Counted from the first letter of the stretch, positions 35,112 through 48,859 are shown. The stretch: 64,000 nucleotides of DNA from Nemertoderma westbladi (GCA_032718475.1 JAUCBJ010004084.1:1-64000); one strand, 5' to 3'. Numbers and translations: made by a program. The notes: generated from the sequence alone by a model not told the origin.

Positions 35112-38100
35112 GATTCGGCCCACCCACTATATTTTTGTAGTCGTCCAATGAAATCCTACAAAATTTGGGCTGTTGGTGAAACAACTATAGATGAACACTA
35201 CCAAACCTTAAAAAGTTAAAATTTCATAAGCAGGGACTCATAATTTTGATGAAAAATAAAAGTAGTCCCAGGACAAAATTACAAAATTTTTCGTTTTCTA
35301 AAAACTAATAGTGCGGCAGTGTTGGCTAGATTTAGTGAGTTTTTCAAGACGCTGAATCGAATGTGATTATATTCCACTTCCAAAAATTGAAGTGGATGCT
35401 ATTTTTCGTGCACCTAAGAAGTGGGCGTGGCACTTAAAATTTTGAAAAATTAGATATTCAGAAAATGCCCCTAATTTTTTTATTTCAACGCATCTTTATG
35501 GGTTTTCTGGGCCGCTGAATCGATTGAAAGTAATATAGAAGCATGAAGACTGAGTGGTTCGCCATTTTTGGTGCACCAAAATTAGGGCGTGGCACTTCAA
35601 ATTTTGAAAAATACGAGATTCGGAAAATAAACCAAAATTGAAATTTTAACGAATTTATATAGGTTTTCCAGGCCGCTGAATCGATTGAAAGTAATATAGA
35701 AGCCTGAAGACTTAGAAGTTAGCCATTTTTTGAAATCAAAACTTTAGTGTTTTTTTCCGAATAAAGTAATTTTGAAAATTTGAAGTGCCACGCCCTAATT
35801 TTGGTGCACCGAAAATTACGTACACAAAGGATTTGAGGCTTCTATATTACTTTCAATCGATTCAGCGCTCCAGAAAACCTATAAAATTAATTTGAAATCA
35901 AAACTTTAGTGAATTTTCCGAATCTCGTATTTTTCAAAATTTGAAGTGCCACGCCCTAATTTTGGTGCACCGAAAATGGCGAACCACTAAGTCTTCAGGC
36001 TTCTATACTACTTTTAATCGATTCAGCGCTCCAGAAAACCAATAAAAATGCTTCGAAATCAGAACTTTAGTAAATTTTCCGAATAAATTAATTTTGAAAT
36101 TTTAAAGTGCCACGCGCTAAATTTGGTGCTCCAAAAATGACGTACCACTACACTTACATACTTGTATAGAGCATTAGAGTGATCCAAACCAATAAAAATA
36201 GCCCAAACATAAATAATTACTAAATCACGAATGACTTTGTAAAATTCGAAAATTTCAAAAAATTTGGTGCTGGAGACCAAATTTTGAGGTGGCACCCAGA
36301 TCGAAAAGTAGAAATCCAATTGCAACGGCGTTTTTTGGAAGAGATGCGGCATTAAATTTGTCTAACGTAAAAATTTGGTACGTAATGTGGTTGCATAGTT
36401 ACAGCAACTAAAAACTAGGAAGGGGCCGATTCGCCCCCCCCCCCCCCCCCCCCAGTGGTAATAGGGTTAAAGTCATCGCTGGTGACCTGAATGCGCAAAT
36501 TGGCCCAGAAGACATCAAGGGTTACACCTATAACACCAGTTCTAACAGAAATGGGTACTTACTTTTAGACCTAATGGAAGAATGTGAATTGATACCAACA
36601 AACAACACATTCGAAAAGAGTAAGGGGAAGCTATGGACCTTTCAATGCCCTAATGGAACCAAAGCACAACTGGATTACATCCTTATAAACAAAAAGTGGA
36701 GAAACAGCATGATCAACTGCGAGGCATACAGCTCGTTCAACCTAATTGGTTCGGACCACAGAATTGTGACTGCAGAGATAAGACTCAGTTTGAGAGCCAG
36801 CAAACCCAGTACAAGCAAGCAAATCAACTATAACTGGGAGAAACTCAGAACTGATAATGCTGTAAAGGATGCTTATACAGTAGAAGTTCAAAACCGCTTT
36901 GAAGCACTTCAGTCAATGGGTGAAGACCAATCCACCGATTCAATATACCAGAATATAATAACAGCCCACAAGGAATCAGCTAAGAGGCATATCCCCCAGA
37001 AACCCAAACGAAAACAGTATGTGCCATGGCAAAACTCTGAGGTTACTTGTAAGAGAGAAGATCTTAAGATAGCCTACAAAGTTAAAACCGAACAACCCAC
37101 AACTGAAAACACTAACAAGGTTGAGAAAGCAGAGGACGATCTTAAATTGGCCTACAACATCAGCCAGGAAAAGTACATACAGGATAAAACTGAAGCAATT
37201 ACAACTGCTCAGATACAGCAACAATCAAGACTTACCTGGCAAACTGTAAATGAGGTATCTGGTCGGAAAAGTTGTGCAAAGGGGCGCCTCAAAGCCGATA
37301 GCCCTGAAGAACGTGTTAGGAAGTGGAAAAATCACTTCAGCAACTTGCTTGGGCAGCCACCAAACATCGAGGTCAGTCCTACAAGGAAAATATATGACAA
37401 GACACTACCTATAGAAACAGGGGACTTCACACCTGCTGAACTCCAAAGAAGCATTAAAAGCATGTCCAATAATAAAGCGAGTGGATTAGATGAAATCCCA
37501 GCGGAGGTATGGAAAACCGGAGTGCTAAACAGACCATTATTGAATGTTTGCAAAGGGGAAAAGCCACCACCAATTTGGACTAAAGGTCAACTAAAGCCTC
37601 TCCCCAAGAAAGGAGACCTCGGCATACCAACAAACTATCGTGGGATCTGTCTGCTTGTGGTAGCTGCCAAAATATACAATAAAATGATTCTATATAGGAT
37701 TAGGCCTCACATAGAGTAACTACTGCGTAAGAGCCAAAACGGATTTCGACCAAGTAGATCAACAATAGCTCAGATACTTGCACTACGGAGACTGATTGAA
37801 GGAATTAAGTCAAAGAATCTCCCCGCAGTCATGACTTTTGTGGACTTCAAGAAGGCATTCGACTCCATCCATAGAGGTAAAATGCTTGAAATCCTAAGAG
37901 CTTATGGAATACCAGAAGTAATTGTTGCTGGCATTGGATTGTTATATTGTGACACAGAAGCGCAGGTACTCTCACCAGATGGTGAAACTGAGTTTTTCTC
38001 AATCCTGGCTGGCGTACTGCAAGGTGACACATTAGCACCATTACTATTTGTAATTGTGCTGGATTACGCAATGAGGACGGCCACAAAGGGTGAAGATCTG

Positions 38101-38917
38101 GGATTCACACTTCAAGAACGCAGAAGTAGTAGATTTCCGGCAACTACAGTCACAGACACCGACTTTGCGGATGACATCGCCCTGCTCTCTAATACGCTAG
38201 CAGATGCACAGCTTCTACTAAATAAAGTGGAGAGGGCTGCTAAGGAGGTTGGATTGCATATAAATGCTACAAAGACCGAATTCATGACCTTTAATGTTGA
38301 TGGAAACTTGACAACCATTGATAATAATCAACTAAAGAAGGTCGATGACTTCCAGTACCTTGGATCATGGATAGAGAGTAGCAAAAAGGACATAGCAGTT
38401 AGGAAAGCAAAGGCTTGGGCAGCTCTATCAAAAATGGATACCATCTGGAAATCAGATCTCTCCAGGCACCTGAAGACCAAGTTCTTTCGAGCCACAGTGG
38501 AAAGTGTATTTTTATACGGGGGTGAGACCTGGACACTGACTAAATAACTTGAACAACGAATTGATGGTTGCTACACAAGACTACTAAGGGCAGCCCTAAA
38601 CATCAGCTGGAGACAACACATGACAAACGCCGAACTTTATGGTACAATACTACCTGTATCAACCACCCTCCGTGAACGCAGATTAAGATTCAGTGGGCAC
38701 TGCTGGCGAAGTAAAGACGAGGTCATACCAGATCTACTTCTCTGGCAACCAACTCATGGAAAGCGTAGTCGTGGACGACCGGCCATAACATATATAGATC
38801 AACTTGAAAGGGATACTGAACTTGGGAGAAACGAAATTGCGACAACTATGGAGAATCGGGAAGCCTGGAAGGATCTCATTTCCACTGTCCGAGTTCGCTC
38901 GACCTAATAGTAGTAGT
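33975..38917 (+). mobile_element. Near full-length RTE-clade LINE (APE endonuclease + RT), disabled, with (TAG)n tail
   Basis: IATMNAR..ICIQEHR, GDLNA, QLDYIL, GSDHR, NYRGI, FVDFKKAFDSI, GVLQGDTLAP, DFADDI, RRLRFSGHC, RGRP; stops at 37717 and 38545 plus a frameshift; 5' boundary approximate. Confidence 0.93.
35043..36466. mobile_element. Non-autonomous piggyBac-type DNA transposon (1424 bp) with TTAA target duplication
   Basis: TTAA|CCCTATTACCACTGGGG ... CCCCAGTGGTAATAGGG|TTAA; excision restores the RTE frame HNVKVIAGDLNA; internal ~170-bp subrepeats in mirror orientation. Confidence 0.93.
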
Positions 38918-39560
38918 CATTTCAATAGTGTTGAACTTTACATTGAGATACTTGCGAACTTGGTGCAGTTTGTATGGTGGAAGTGGTGAAAACAATGAGA
39001 TTGAGTCAGAGCAATGGTTGAAGGATTCATTATGAAGGCCAGTTAACTTGAGGGCCAGTTTTCCCACAAACCCGAATCTCATAGCACAAGAGTTTTTGTA
39101 ATAGAATAGAGTGGTCGAGGGTGTCAAATGCCTTTTTTTAGGTCGGTATATACTGTATAACCGAAGAGGAGTATGAACTGTCAAGGGCGTCACGTATAGA
39201 TTCTACAATGTTTAAAATTTTACTGGAAGATGTGGGCGGGTATCTCAAAGTACTCATCTTCAACGGACTTACTCGAAGTTATCGATAATAACGGTACGGG
39301 CAGCTCTGGCCTAGGCATCGAACCCCTCTACGGGTTCAGGCGGCGCGCGGCCGCGCAGCTGATTGTTAACGGCTGCCACCAACGTCTCTGCGATCTGGCA
39401 ACCGACTAATACCTGCATATGCAAACTATGTAACCGTGCTGCGGATACAAACTTACATTATACAACCTGCGAGGGGATCCCCCCAAACACCACATCGCTA
39501 CGGAAAGCAATATTTTTAATGACCCTGGAACTCTAATACTTTTAATAATATCCGGCTTCT

Positions 39561-40639
39561 ATGGCGACTGTACTGGACTCTGAGAATACATGGTCTAGAC
39601 CACATAAAACAGCATCGTCCAAAACCTGTACTTTTGCAAGTAAAATTGATGAAATCAAAACTGAAAACAGGTTCTCTGCCTTGATATTGAGTTAAAGGTA
39701 TCCAGTCTACTAAGAGACCAGAACAATATGTTGAAAGAACTTCTCGAGTTCAATAATTCAGACTCGAAAAGGCTTATAATCAAAGATCATTCTCAAAAAT
39801 CTAGCATTAACTTGCGGTATATATATATATCCGGTCTGGAAAGAAGCTGCAGCCGCAACCAGCTCATTGATTTCTGTTATAGGCAAACTGGGATTGAACC
39901 TATCCATGTGTGGATAATTGGAAACAGGGGATCACCAAAAAGTGCCAAAGTAATAATCCTAGAAGAACATCTTAATATTTTCTTGGATGCATCAATCTGG
40001 CCAGGGAATAATACCAAAGTATGGGAGTATAAACAAGGAGATCGCAAGGGGGAGGGGCCTAGATATTCCACGAATAAGCACACGAATCAAAAGGACTATA
40101 AACTTTCCACTAAATCATTTCCACCACAGGTTCTTCATGAAACGAGATATGGGTTTGCACATGACCCTGACAGGGAAAGAAAAAACAACTGGCATGGCCC
40201 ACCTACCATTAACAATTATGTCAGCCATCAAGTGCATAGGGGAATGCCTTTGAACAACTTTCAACATTACTCTCACTCTTCTCAATGGCAACAAGGCCAT
40301 CATCCACAATCACTGGAAAACATCCAACACAACATCAATAATAGGACCAATCTAACCAATAATCAAAACGTTATCCAACAAGAACATTTCAAGGGTCATC
40401 ATCAATTCAAGAACAACACAGGGCAGTATCTAAGTCCTGATCAACAGTGGCATCAATCGAGGGGCACTCCAGCAATTACATCATGCAATAGCCAGATACA
40501 TTTAAATCAGCATCTACTAAAAGATTCATTACCAAAGAACTATAACAATAATGGATTCAAGTCACCCCTCAAAGAAGTTTCATCTGTACAACGACGAGTA
40601 CTTCTAGAAACTCCATGCTACAATACAAATCGTTTTTAG
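39561..40639 (+). CDS. LINE ORF1 (RRM-like region + Q/H/N-rich tail), 5' part disrupted
   Basis: NRFSAL motif in an upstream frame; IYISGL..SAKVII..IWPG pattern typical of LINE ORF1; lies directly before ORF2. Confidence 0.7.
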
Positions 40640-40796
40640 AAAGTCACTTTTCCTGCAACAAACACTCCACAAGGCAAACACTATACAAGATATTAATAGG
40701 ACTACCAAAACACAATCAAGCTTTTCCAAAGATGGAACAGCAAAGTGCAAAAAGACTGAAGACATAGTCATTTTTACATTAAATTGCAAGGGTTTT

Positions 40797-43700
40797 GTGC
40801 GTAATAGACTGTACATCGAAACCTTAATTGATAGACATAAGCCTGACATACTTGCTCTTCAAGAGACCTGGCTAGGTCCTCTTGAAACAGAGGTTTATTT
40901 GAATCAGGACAAACCCTTTAGTGGTTATAAAATTCTCACAACAATTGCTGATGCAATGAAAGACCCTTTTTATAGTGGCCGGCCTCAGGGTGGCATCATG
41001 TTGTTAATGCGGGATGATTTGATGCAGTACTCCACCCCAGTCACAACCAACTCAGACCGCATCATTGCTGTGGAACTAAAGAATCACCCAACTATTATGG
41101 ATATCGCGCTTATGGCTGTCTACATGCCAGCTGACTGCAACCTTCCATCTGATAAGGATTCTTACATTCAACAGTGTGCGAGACTGGCAACATTGATCGA
41201 TGATAGAACTCAAAACATTCCAGTAGTTGTTTTAGGAGACATCAATGGTAGCCTTGGTCGTTTGAGTAGTGACAGTGGAAACGTCAACACTGCAACCTCC
41301 CGTTTTGGTGACATCTTTGTTCAAAATGTAGCACAACCCCATGGTTTGGTGGTTAGCAATTTTTGTTTTGCTCCAAATGAACTGCTTTCAACATTTTTCT
41401 TTAGATCAAATGGTATTGTGCAAAGATCTTCTTACATTGACCACATTCTTTTGTCACCAGATATTGCTCCAAATATAACATCTAGCATGGTCTTTGGGTT
41501 GGATCCAAGTAATCTCTCAGACCACACTCCAGTTAGAACAACACTGAGTCTTTCAGCCAAACGACAGAACGATAATTGGACCGCATCATCTCATCGCACA
41601 TACAAGAGAAAAATTGTATATTTCAGTAAAGCAACCACTAAACAGCTTGAACAGTATCGCAAGGTTGTATCAGAGAAGCTATCATCCTTTATCAAGCCCT
41701 ATAACAATTATTCTACAAATCCACACGATGCAGAGATTGTAATGGATAAAGTCATTGCTGTCCTGAGGAAAACATCCGATGTTTACATTCCAACCAGCTT
41801 TATTGATAATAGGAAACCAAGATCTGTAAACTCTAGATGGAAATCTTATGCTGACAACGCCAGTCTTGGTAAACTAAAATGTATCGTTGACAGGGCAAAG
41901 GAGATCTGGATCAATCAAGGCAGTATAAAGGATCCATCTAATGTCTCCTACATAGGATATTGGGCTGCCACAAGAAGATACAATCAAGTTGCTATGAAGC
42001 TAAGTAGAATTGAGTACTCCAATCATATTACTGAGTTGGTAGAGTCCTGCAGAGATGATGATGTAAAGTTCTGGAAGCTTACCAAGAACCGTGCTCCCCA
42101 GGAGGAAATGACAGACGAAATGTTCAGTAAGCTGAAGCAGCACTATGAGGATACATACAAGGATAGCACCTTAAATGGTAAGTCGTTGGAAAATATAGCA
42201 TCTCATGAAGCGAAAACATTAAACGACACATCAATCCTGTCCACAGAATGCATTGCAAGTGGTATCCGCAATTTAAACAGGAAAAAAGCTGCTGATTGCT
42301 TCGGGTTAAAGTCAGAACATTTATTTTTTGGAATCTCTGATGGGCTCTGCAGCGCCTTAGCATACATATTCAATTCTATGAGAGCCTCCTGTTCATGTCC
42401 TAAGAAGTTGAGCATGTCTCTGTTAATGCCATTATATAAGGGCAGGAATCTGGATAAATTTTCAACTAAGAGCTATCGTGGAATTGCAATTGTAGCTGTT
42501 ATCGCCAAACTTTGGGAAATGCTTATACTCCCTGAATTGCCATTGGACTCTCATGACTTGCAGATGGGTTATAAACAAAAAACAAATATAGAAATGACGT
42601 ATGCACTGGTCAACAACTTAGTAAATGAATTCACAAAAAAGGGTTCATCAATGTATATAGTATCATTAGACTTGTCATCTGCTTTTGATACCGTCGACTA
42701 CACAATGTTAATTAGGAAATTAGAGGATGCTAAAACTGAACACAACCTATTGGAAACACTAAGAAACTATTACTGCTCAGCTTCAGCTTTCTTGGCATCT
42801 AGAACACGGATATGTCAAGCATTCCCCTTAGAGAGAGGTGTAAGACAAGGCGGGATGTTATCCCCAATTCTTTTTAATTTCTATATGTCTAGTCTTTTTA
42901 AGGAGATTGATAACAGTGGTCTTGGTGTGCACATAAAGGCAGAATCTTTCGGTGGAGTGAGCTATGGTGATGATATCATTCTTGCAGCAAACATGAAGTC
43001 TGATGCAGAGAAACTTATGGCCCTATGCTGCAATTACTTTGAAAGACATAAGTTGCTTCTAAACATAAAAAAGACTCATTTCATATACCTGAATGGTGCT
43101 AGAACGAGCAATGGAGAGGAATCATTGGAATTCATAAATGGGACAGACAGCATTATTTTGGTTTCTGCGAAGGATTGCAACTATCTAGGGTTGCCCTTTC
43201 CCATGACGTCGCAATCTTTGACTCAGTTTGTAAAATGTAAAATTTGGACTTGTGTCAGCAGAATGGAGGCACGTGGTCTTTGCATTAACAGTGTTCCACT
43301 GGCAGTTGTTGTTAAAATATGGAAGGTGATGTGCCTCCCGTCAATACTGTATGGATGCTCGGAACTTGATAAGCCTAATATTGCAGAGATATCGCTACAA
43401 CTTCATAAAGCAATGAGAACTATATGTGCAATAGGAAACTATGTTTCTAATGGAATTCTATGTAAACTCTTTGGTATGATCAACCTGGAAGATTTCCTAT
43501 ACTTCAAAACTGCGTCATTTACCTACAGCATCTTAAATTGTCCTAATAGAAAGGTTCTTTTCTTCTTTCATCATTTAATCTGTCTGCACCTTGCAGGTCT
43601 GTCTAGTGCTCAGATTTTTTTCCGTTATGGTGTCTCCGCATGGCACCTCGGTTTACCAAGTTTGTCTTCTCTGAGTGTCTCTAGATACAGTTTCAAGGCC

Positions 43701-43853
43701 ATACGGAATCGACATGGAAAATCTCAAGCCACCGAACTGAGTCCTGCTAGTCAGTATAAACTCTTTTTTATTGGTACCATACTGAGTTGCACCACTGGCT
43801 CACATGCAGCTCGCCATTTAGTGGTATTGGACTTTTATAATCTTTATCAATAA
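40797..43853 (+). CDS. LINE ORF2 (APE endonuclease + reverse transcriptase), apparently intact; CR1/L2/RTEX-group, clade unresolved
   Basis: LALQETWL, GDING, IDHIL, LSDH; YRGIA, DLSSAFDTVD, GVRQGGMLSP, YGDD; stop runs into a (TAA)n tail. Confidence 0.93.
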   Translation: MRNRLYIETLIDRHKPDILALQETWLGPLETEVYLNQDKPFSGYKILTTIADAMKDPFYSGRPQGGIMLLMRDDLMQYSTPVTTNSDRIIAVELKNHPTIMDIALMAVYMPADCNLPSDKDSYIQQCARLATLIDDRTQNIPVVVLGDINGSLGRLSSDSGNVNTATSRFGDIFVQNVAQPHGLVVSNFCFAPNELLSTFFFRSNGIVQRSSYIDHILLSPDIAPNITSSMVFGLDPSNLSDHTPVRTTLSLSAKRQNDNWTASSHRTYKRKIVYFSKATTKQLEQYRKVVSEKLSSFIKPYNNYSTNPHDAEIVMDKVIAVLRKTSDVYIPTSFIDNRKPRSVNSRWKSYADNASLGKLKCIVDRAKEIWINQGSIKDPSNVSYIGYWAATRRYNQVAMKLSRIEYSNHITELVESCRDDDVKFWKLTKNRAPQEEMTDEMFSKLKQHYEDTYKDSTLNGKSLENIASHEAKTLNDTSILSTECIASGIRNLNRKKAADCFGLKSEHLFFGISDGLCSALAYIFNSMRASCSCPKKLSMSLLMPLYKGRNLDKFSTKSYRGIAIVAVIAKLWEMLILPELPLDSHDLQMGYKQKTNIEMTYALVNNLVNEFTKKGSSMYIVSLDLSSAFDTVDYTMLIRKLEDAKTEHNLLETLRNYYCSASAFLASRTRICQAFPLERGVRQGGMLSPILFNFYMSSLFKEIDNSGLGVHIKAESFGGVSYGDDIILAANMKSDAEKLMALCCNYFERHKLLLNIKKTHFIYLNGARTSNGEESLEFINGTDSIILVSAKDCNYLGLPFPMTSQSLTQFVKCKIWTCVSRMEARGLCINSVPLAVVVKIWKVMCLPSILYGCSELDKPNIAEISLQLHKAMRTICAIGNYVSNGILCKLFGMINLEDFLYFKTASFTYSILNCPNRKVLFFFHHLICLHLAGLSSAQIFFRYGVSAWHLGLPSLSSLSVSRYSFKAIRNRHGKSQATELSPASQYKLFFIGTILSCTTGSHAARHLVVLDFYNLYQ

Positions 43854-44519
43854 TAATAATACCTATAAAAGTATAAGTATAATAAATAATACTTAATCAA
43901 TAATACTCCTAATGATACGTGTTATTTTTAACTGATATGATACTATTAGTTTTTCGGCCCTTACATGCCAAAACCAGCCGTATTGTATTGTCATTGTATC
44001 TTGTTGCTCTTATTTTGTATGTTATTTTAATTACTTTGATGTTGTTAGACCATTTTACCAATAATAGCCGCCGATAAATCAACATACTGTATCTTATGTA
44101 TATAAATATCATAATCATTATTATAATATAATTTTATAATTTCACCCTTCCTTTCTATCATTTAAAATAATTGATTGTAAATACTGTCTCTTCAGCATAT
44201 TATATATATTCATTAATGTCATTTCATCCAACATAATTTAAATCTGACATTATCAGTTATATATTTACGGTGTGTTTTTTAGACCTCACCATTTTACTGT
44301 AATTGTGTATTTTACTTAACCTATATACCGTGCGTTTTAAATTTTGTTTTAACAGTTATCACCCTATAATTTTATCAATATAGCCTGCCGGGGCGTAAAC
44401 CGAGCTTTGAAATTGAAATTGAATAATATATAATGATATAATAATTTATTTATTTTAATAATTTTAACCTATCTAGTTTGTGCACTACTAATCTTACTTG
44501 TGATTCCATTTTATTTATC

Positions 44520-44880
44520 CAAATGTTTGGATGATAATTAAATAATTCAATGTTTAAAATTGCAAATGAGGTCGTGTATTTTTTTGCGAAAACCGAATGG
44601 GTGCGGGTGCGGGAAACCCAAACCGAATTGATTAGCACTAATTACAGTAAATTTGTTTAGATATGAGATCAGTTGATCATGTACAATGGATTCATAAATT
44701 TTATTGAAAACGGGTAAAAGTGATATGGGTCTGTAATTTGAAGTAAATGTTTTATAAGTAGGAAGAACTTTAGCCACTTTCAAAGATTTGGGGTAGAAAC
44801 CCTGGGTATTGAGTTAATTAAGAGTGATAAATGGACAGACAAAATATCATGAGCTGCCTTCACTAAGCTAGTTGGCAACT
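44520..44880 (-). mobile_element. L2/CR1-group LINE RT fragment
   Basis: KVAKVLPTYK..SNYRPISLLPVFNKIYESIVHDQL..NQFG. Confidence 0.8.
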
Positions 44881-44983
44881 GGTTGTTTGTGGTTGACCTT
44901 TGATTCAGATGTAAAAGTTTATACTGCAATTCCACCGGACACGTTTTCGTTAAAACAAATGAGTTTGGCTTGTTAAAACGGAC

Positions 44984-47900
44984 ATGACGGGTGGGACAGC
45001 GGTTAGATGACGGGTGGGACAGCGGTTAGATGACGGGTGGGACACAGCGGTTAGATGACGGGTGGGACACAGCGGTTAGATTACGGCTGGGACACAGCGG
45101 TTAGATGACGGGTGGGACACAGCGGTTAGATGACGGCTGGGACACAGCGGTTAGATGACGGGTGGGACAGCGGTTAGATGACGGCTGGGACACAGCGGTT
45201 AGATGACGGGTGGGACACAGCGGTTAGATGACGGGTGGGACATAGCGGTTAGATGACGGGTGGGACATAGCGGTTAGATGACGGGTGGGACACAGCGGTT
45301 AGATGACGGGTGGGACAGCGGTTAGATGACGGGTGGGACAGCGGTTAGATGACGGGTGGGACACAGCGGTTAGATGACGGGTGGGACACAGCGGTTAGAT
45401 TACGGGTGGGACAGCGGTTAGATGACGGGTGGGACAGCGGTTAGATGACGGGTGGGGCACAGCGGTTAGATGACGGGTGGGACACAGCGGTTAGATGACG
45501 GGTGGGACACAGCGGTTAGATGACGGGTGGGACACAGCGGTTAGATGACGGCTGGGACACAGCGGTTAGATGACGGGTGGGACACAGCGGTTAGATGACG
45601 GGTGGGACACAGCGGTTAGATGACGGGTGGGACACAGCGGTTAGATGACGGGTGGGACACAGCGGTTAGATGACGGGTGGGACACAGCGGTTAGATGACG
45701 GGTGGGACATAGCGGTTAGATGACGGGTGGGACACAGCGGTTAGATGACGGGTGGGACACAGCGGTTAGATGACGGGTGGGACACATCGGTTAGATGACG
45801 GGTGGGATAGCGGTTAGATGACGGGTGGGACACAGCGGTTAGATGACGGGTGGGACACAGCGGTTAGATGACGGGTGGGACACAGCGGTTAGATGACGGA
45901 TGGGACACAGCGGTTAGATGACGGGTGGGACACAGCGGTTAGATGACGGGTGGGACACAGCGGTTAGATGACGGGTGGGGCACAGCGGTTAGATGACGGG
46001 TGGGACAGCGGTTAGATGACGGGTGGGACAGCGGTTAGATGACGGGTGGGACACAGCGGTTAGATGACGGGTGGGATAGCGGTTAGATGACGGGTGGGAC
46101 ACAGCGGTTAGATGACGGGTGGGACAGCGGTTAGATGATGGGTGGGACACAGCGGTTAGATGACGGGTGGGATAGCGGTTAGATGACTGGTGGGACACAG
46201 CGGTTAGATGACGGATGGAACACAGCGGTTAGATGACGGGTGGGACACAGCGGTTAGATGACGGGTGGGACACAGCGGTTAGATGACGGGTGGGACACAG
46301 CGGTTAGATGACGGGTGGGACACAGCGGTTAGATGACGGGTGGGACACAGCGGTTAGATGACGGGTGGGACAGCGGTTAGATGACGGGTGGGACACAGCG
46401 GTTAGATGACGGGTGGGACACAGCGGTTAGATGACGGGTGGGACACAGCGGTTAGATGACGGGTGGGACACAGCGGTTAGATGACGGGTGGGACACAGCG
46501 GTTAGATGACGGGTGGGACAGCGGTTAGATGACGGATGGGACACAGCGGTTAGATGACGGGTGGGACACAGCGGTTAGATGACGGGTGGGACACAGCGGT
46601 TAGATGACGGGTGGGACACAGCGGTTAGATGACGGGTGGGACAGCGGTTAGATGACGGGTGGGACACAGCGGTTAGATGACGGGTGGGACACAGCGGTTA
46701 GATGACGGGTGGGGCACAGCGGTTAGATGACGGGCGGGACACAGCGGTTAGATGACGGGTGGGACACAGCGGTTAGATGACGGGTGGGACACAGCGGTTA
46801 GATGACGGGTGGGACACAGCGGTTAGATGACGGCTGGGACACAGCGGTTAGATGACGGGTGGGACACAGCGGTTAGATGACGGGTGGGACAGCGGTTAGA
46901 TGACGGGTGGGACACAGCGGTTAGATGACGGGTGGGACACAGCGGTTAGATGACGGGTGGGACACAGCGGTTAGATGACGGGTGGGACACAGCGGTTAGA
47001 TGACGGGTGGGACAGCGGTTAGATGACGGGTGGGACACATCGGTTAGATGACGGGTGGGACAGCGGTTAGATGACGGGTGGGGCAGCGGTTAGATGACGG
47101 GTGGGACACAGCGGTTAGATGACGGGTGGGACAGCGGTTAGATGACGGGTGGGACACAGCGGTTAGATGATGGGTGGGACAGCGGTTAGATGACGGGTGG
47201 GACACAGCGGTTAGATGACGGGTGGGACACAGCGGTTAGATGACGAGTGGGACACAGCGGTTAGATGACGGGTGGGACACAGCGGTTAGATGACGGGTGG
47301 GACACAGCGGTTAGATGACGGGTGGGACACAGCGGTTAGATGACGGGTGGGACACAGCGGTTAGATGACGGGTGGGACAGCGGTTAGATGACGGGTGGGG
47401 CACAGCGGTTAGATGACGGGTGGGACAGCGGTTAGATGACGGGTGGGACACAGCGGTTAGATGACGGGTGGGACACAGCGGTTAGATGACGGGTGGGACA
47501 CAGCGGTTAGATGACGGCTGGGACACAGCGGTTAGATGACGGGTGGGACACAGCGGTTAGATGACGGGTGGGACAGCGGTTAGATGACGGGTGGGGCACA
47601 GCGGTTAGATGACGGGTGGGACAGCGGTTAGATGACGGGTGGGACAGCGGTTAGATGACGGGTGGGACACAGCGGTTAGATGACGGGTGGGACAGCGGTT
47701 AGATGACGGGTGGGACACAGCGGTTAGATGACGGGTGGGACAGCGGTTAGATGACGGGTGGGACACAGCGGTTAGATGACGGGTGGGACACAGCGGTTAG
47801 ATGACGGGTGGGACACAGCGGTTAGATGACGGGTGGGACACAGCGGTTAGATGACGGGTGGGACACAGCGGTTAGATGACGGGTGGGACAGCGGTTAGAT

Positions 47901-48006
47901 GACGGGTGGGACACAGCGGTTAGATGACGGGTGGGACAGCGGTTAGATGACGGGTGGGACACAGCGGTTAGATGACGGGTGGGACACAGCGGTTAGATGA
48001 CGGGTG
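44984..48006. repeat. 3-kb G-rich minisatellite, 25-bp unit GATGACGGGTGGGACACAGCGGTTA with 23-bp variant (~120 units)
   Basis: Direct reading. Confidence 0.98.
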
Positions 48007-48859
48007 TAAAAGCTTTTGCGGAATTGCCCGGTTATTTTTCCTTATTTTTCCCGTAAAATACTCTGTAGTTGGTTTAGTAGGCGTAAGAGGCCGTATTATT
48101 GCTGTATCGGTGTTTTTTAGAGGACCTAAGAGCTATTTCTTCCGTATGTGTACTTTGGGGGACATGGTTGGTGATTCTATGGCAATTCTATGACGCAAAA
48201 TAGCTAGATCCTCTTGAAACAGTAGTTACTATGACGACGGTTAACAGCTGAGCTGTATACGTGTCGATTTTCTTTGTTCTACGGTGCCTCTCAGTTCAGT
48301 CAACCAATCAGAGCGTTTTTACTGTTCTTGTACAGAAATTTCCTAGAAATCACGCAATGCTTTATGGGCAGTGTTATCATTCAGTCCTGAGCCAAGAAAG
48401 AACGGCTTTTGGAATATTTGTGCTTTTCTGCTTTTAGCCTAACACTAGTAGGCTTAATTATAAGGACATATATCCGTTATCTGGGTAACTCAATGGTTAA
48501 CAACTTACTCAATGCTTGGCTGGTCTTGTCGTGCATACTTTTATAACGTTATACTGCTATTTACTGTCGGTTATTCATTATATGGTTGATGAAATATTAT
48601 ATTTGGAATAACGAGAAATAACCCCGAAAACCCAATATTCTTGATATACCGAAGGTAAGAGAGACAGGTTACATATAACGATTGTGACTTATGTTAAAGT
48701 GGTTTGAAGTGAATCTAATGTTATCTGATAGACCCTACATGAGTCGGTCTGTGTTCCTTTTATATGTGACTAAAATCAGTGAAGATCGGCAGATCAGTGT
48801 GCAGCATTGTGTATGAGTGAGACTGATAACGAAGCATTTCCTAAAGAATGCGCCATATA

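Noticed and set aside
44984-48006. Telomeric repeat
   Set aside because: GGTTAG occurs only once per 23-25-bp unit, not as a tandem telomere array
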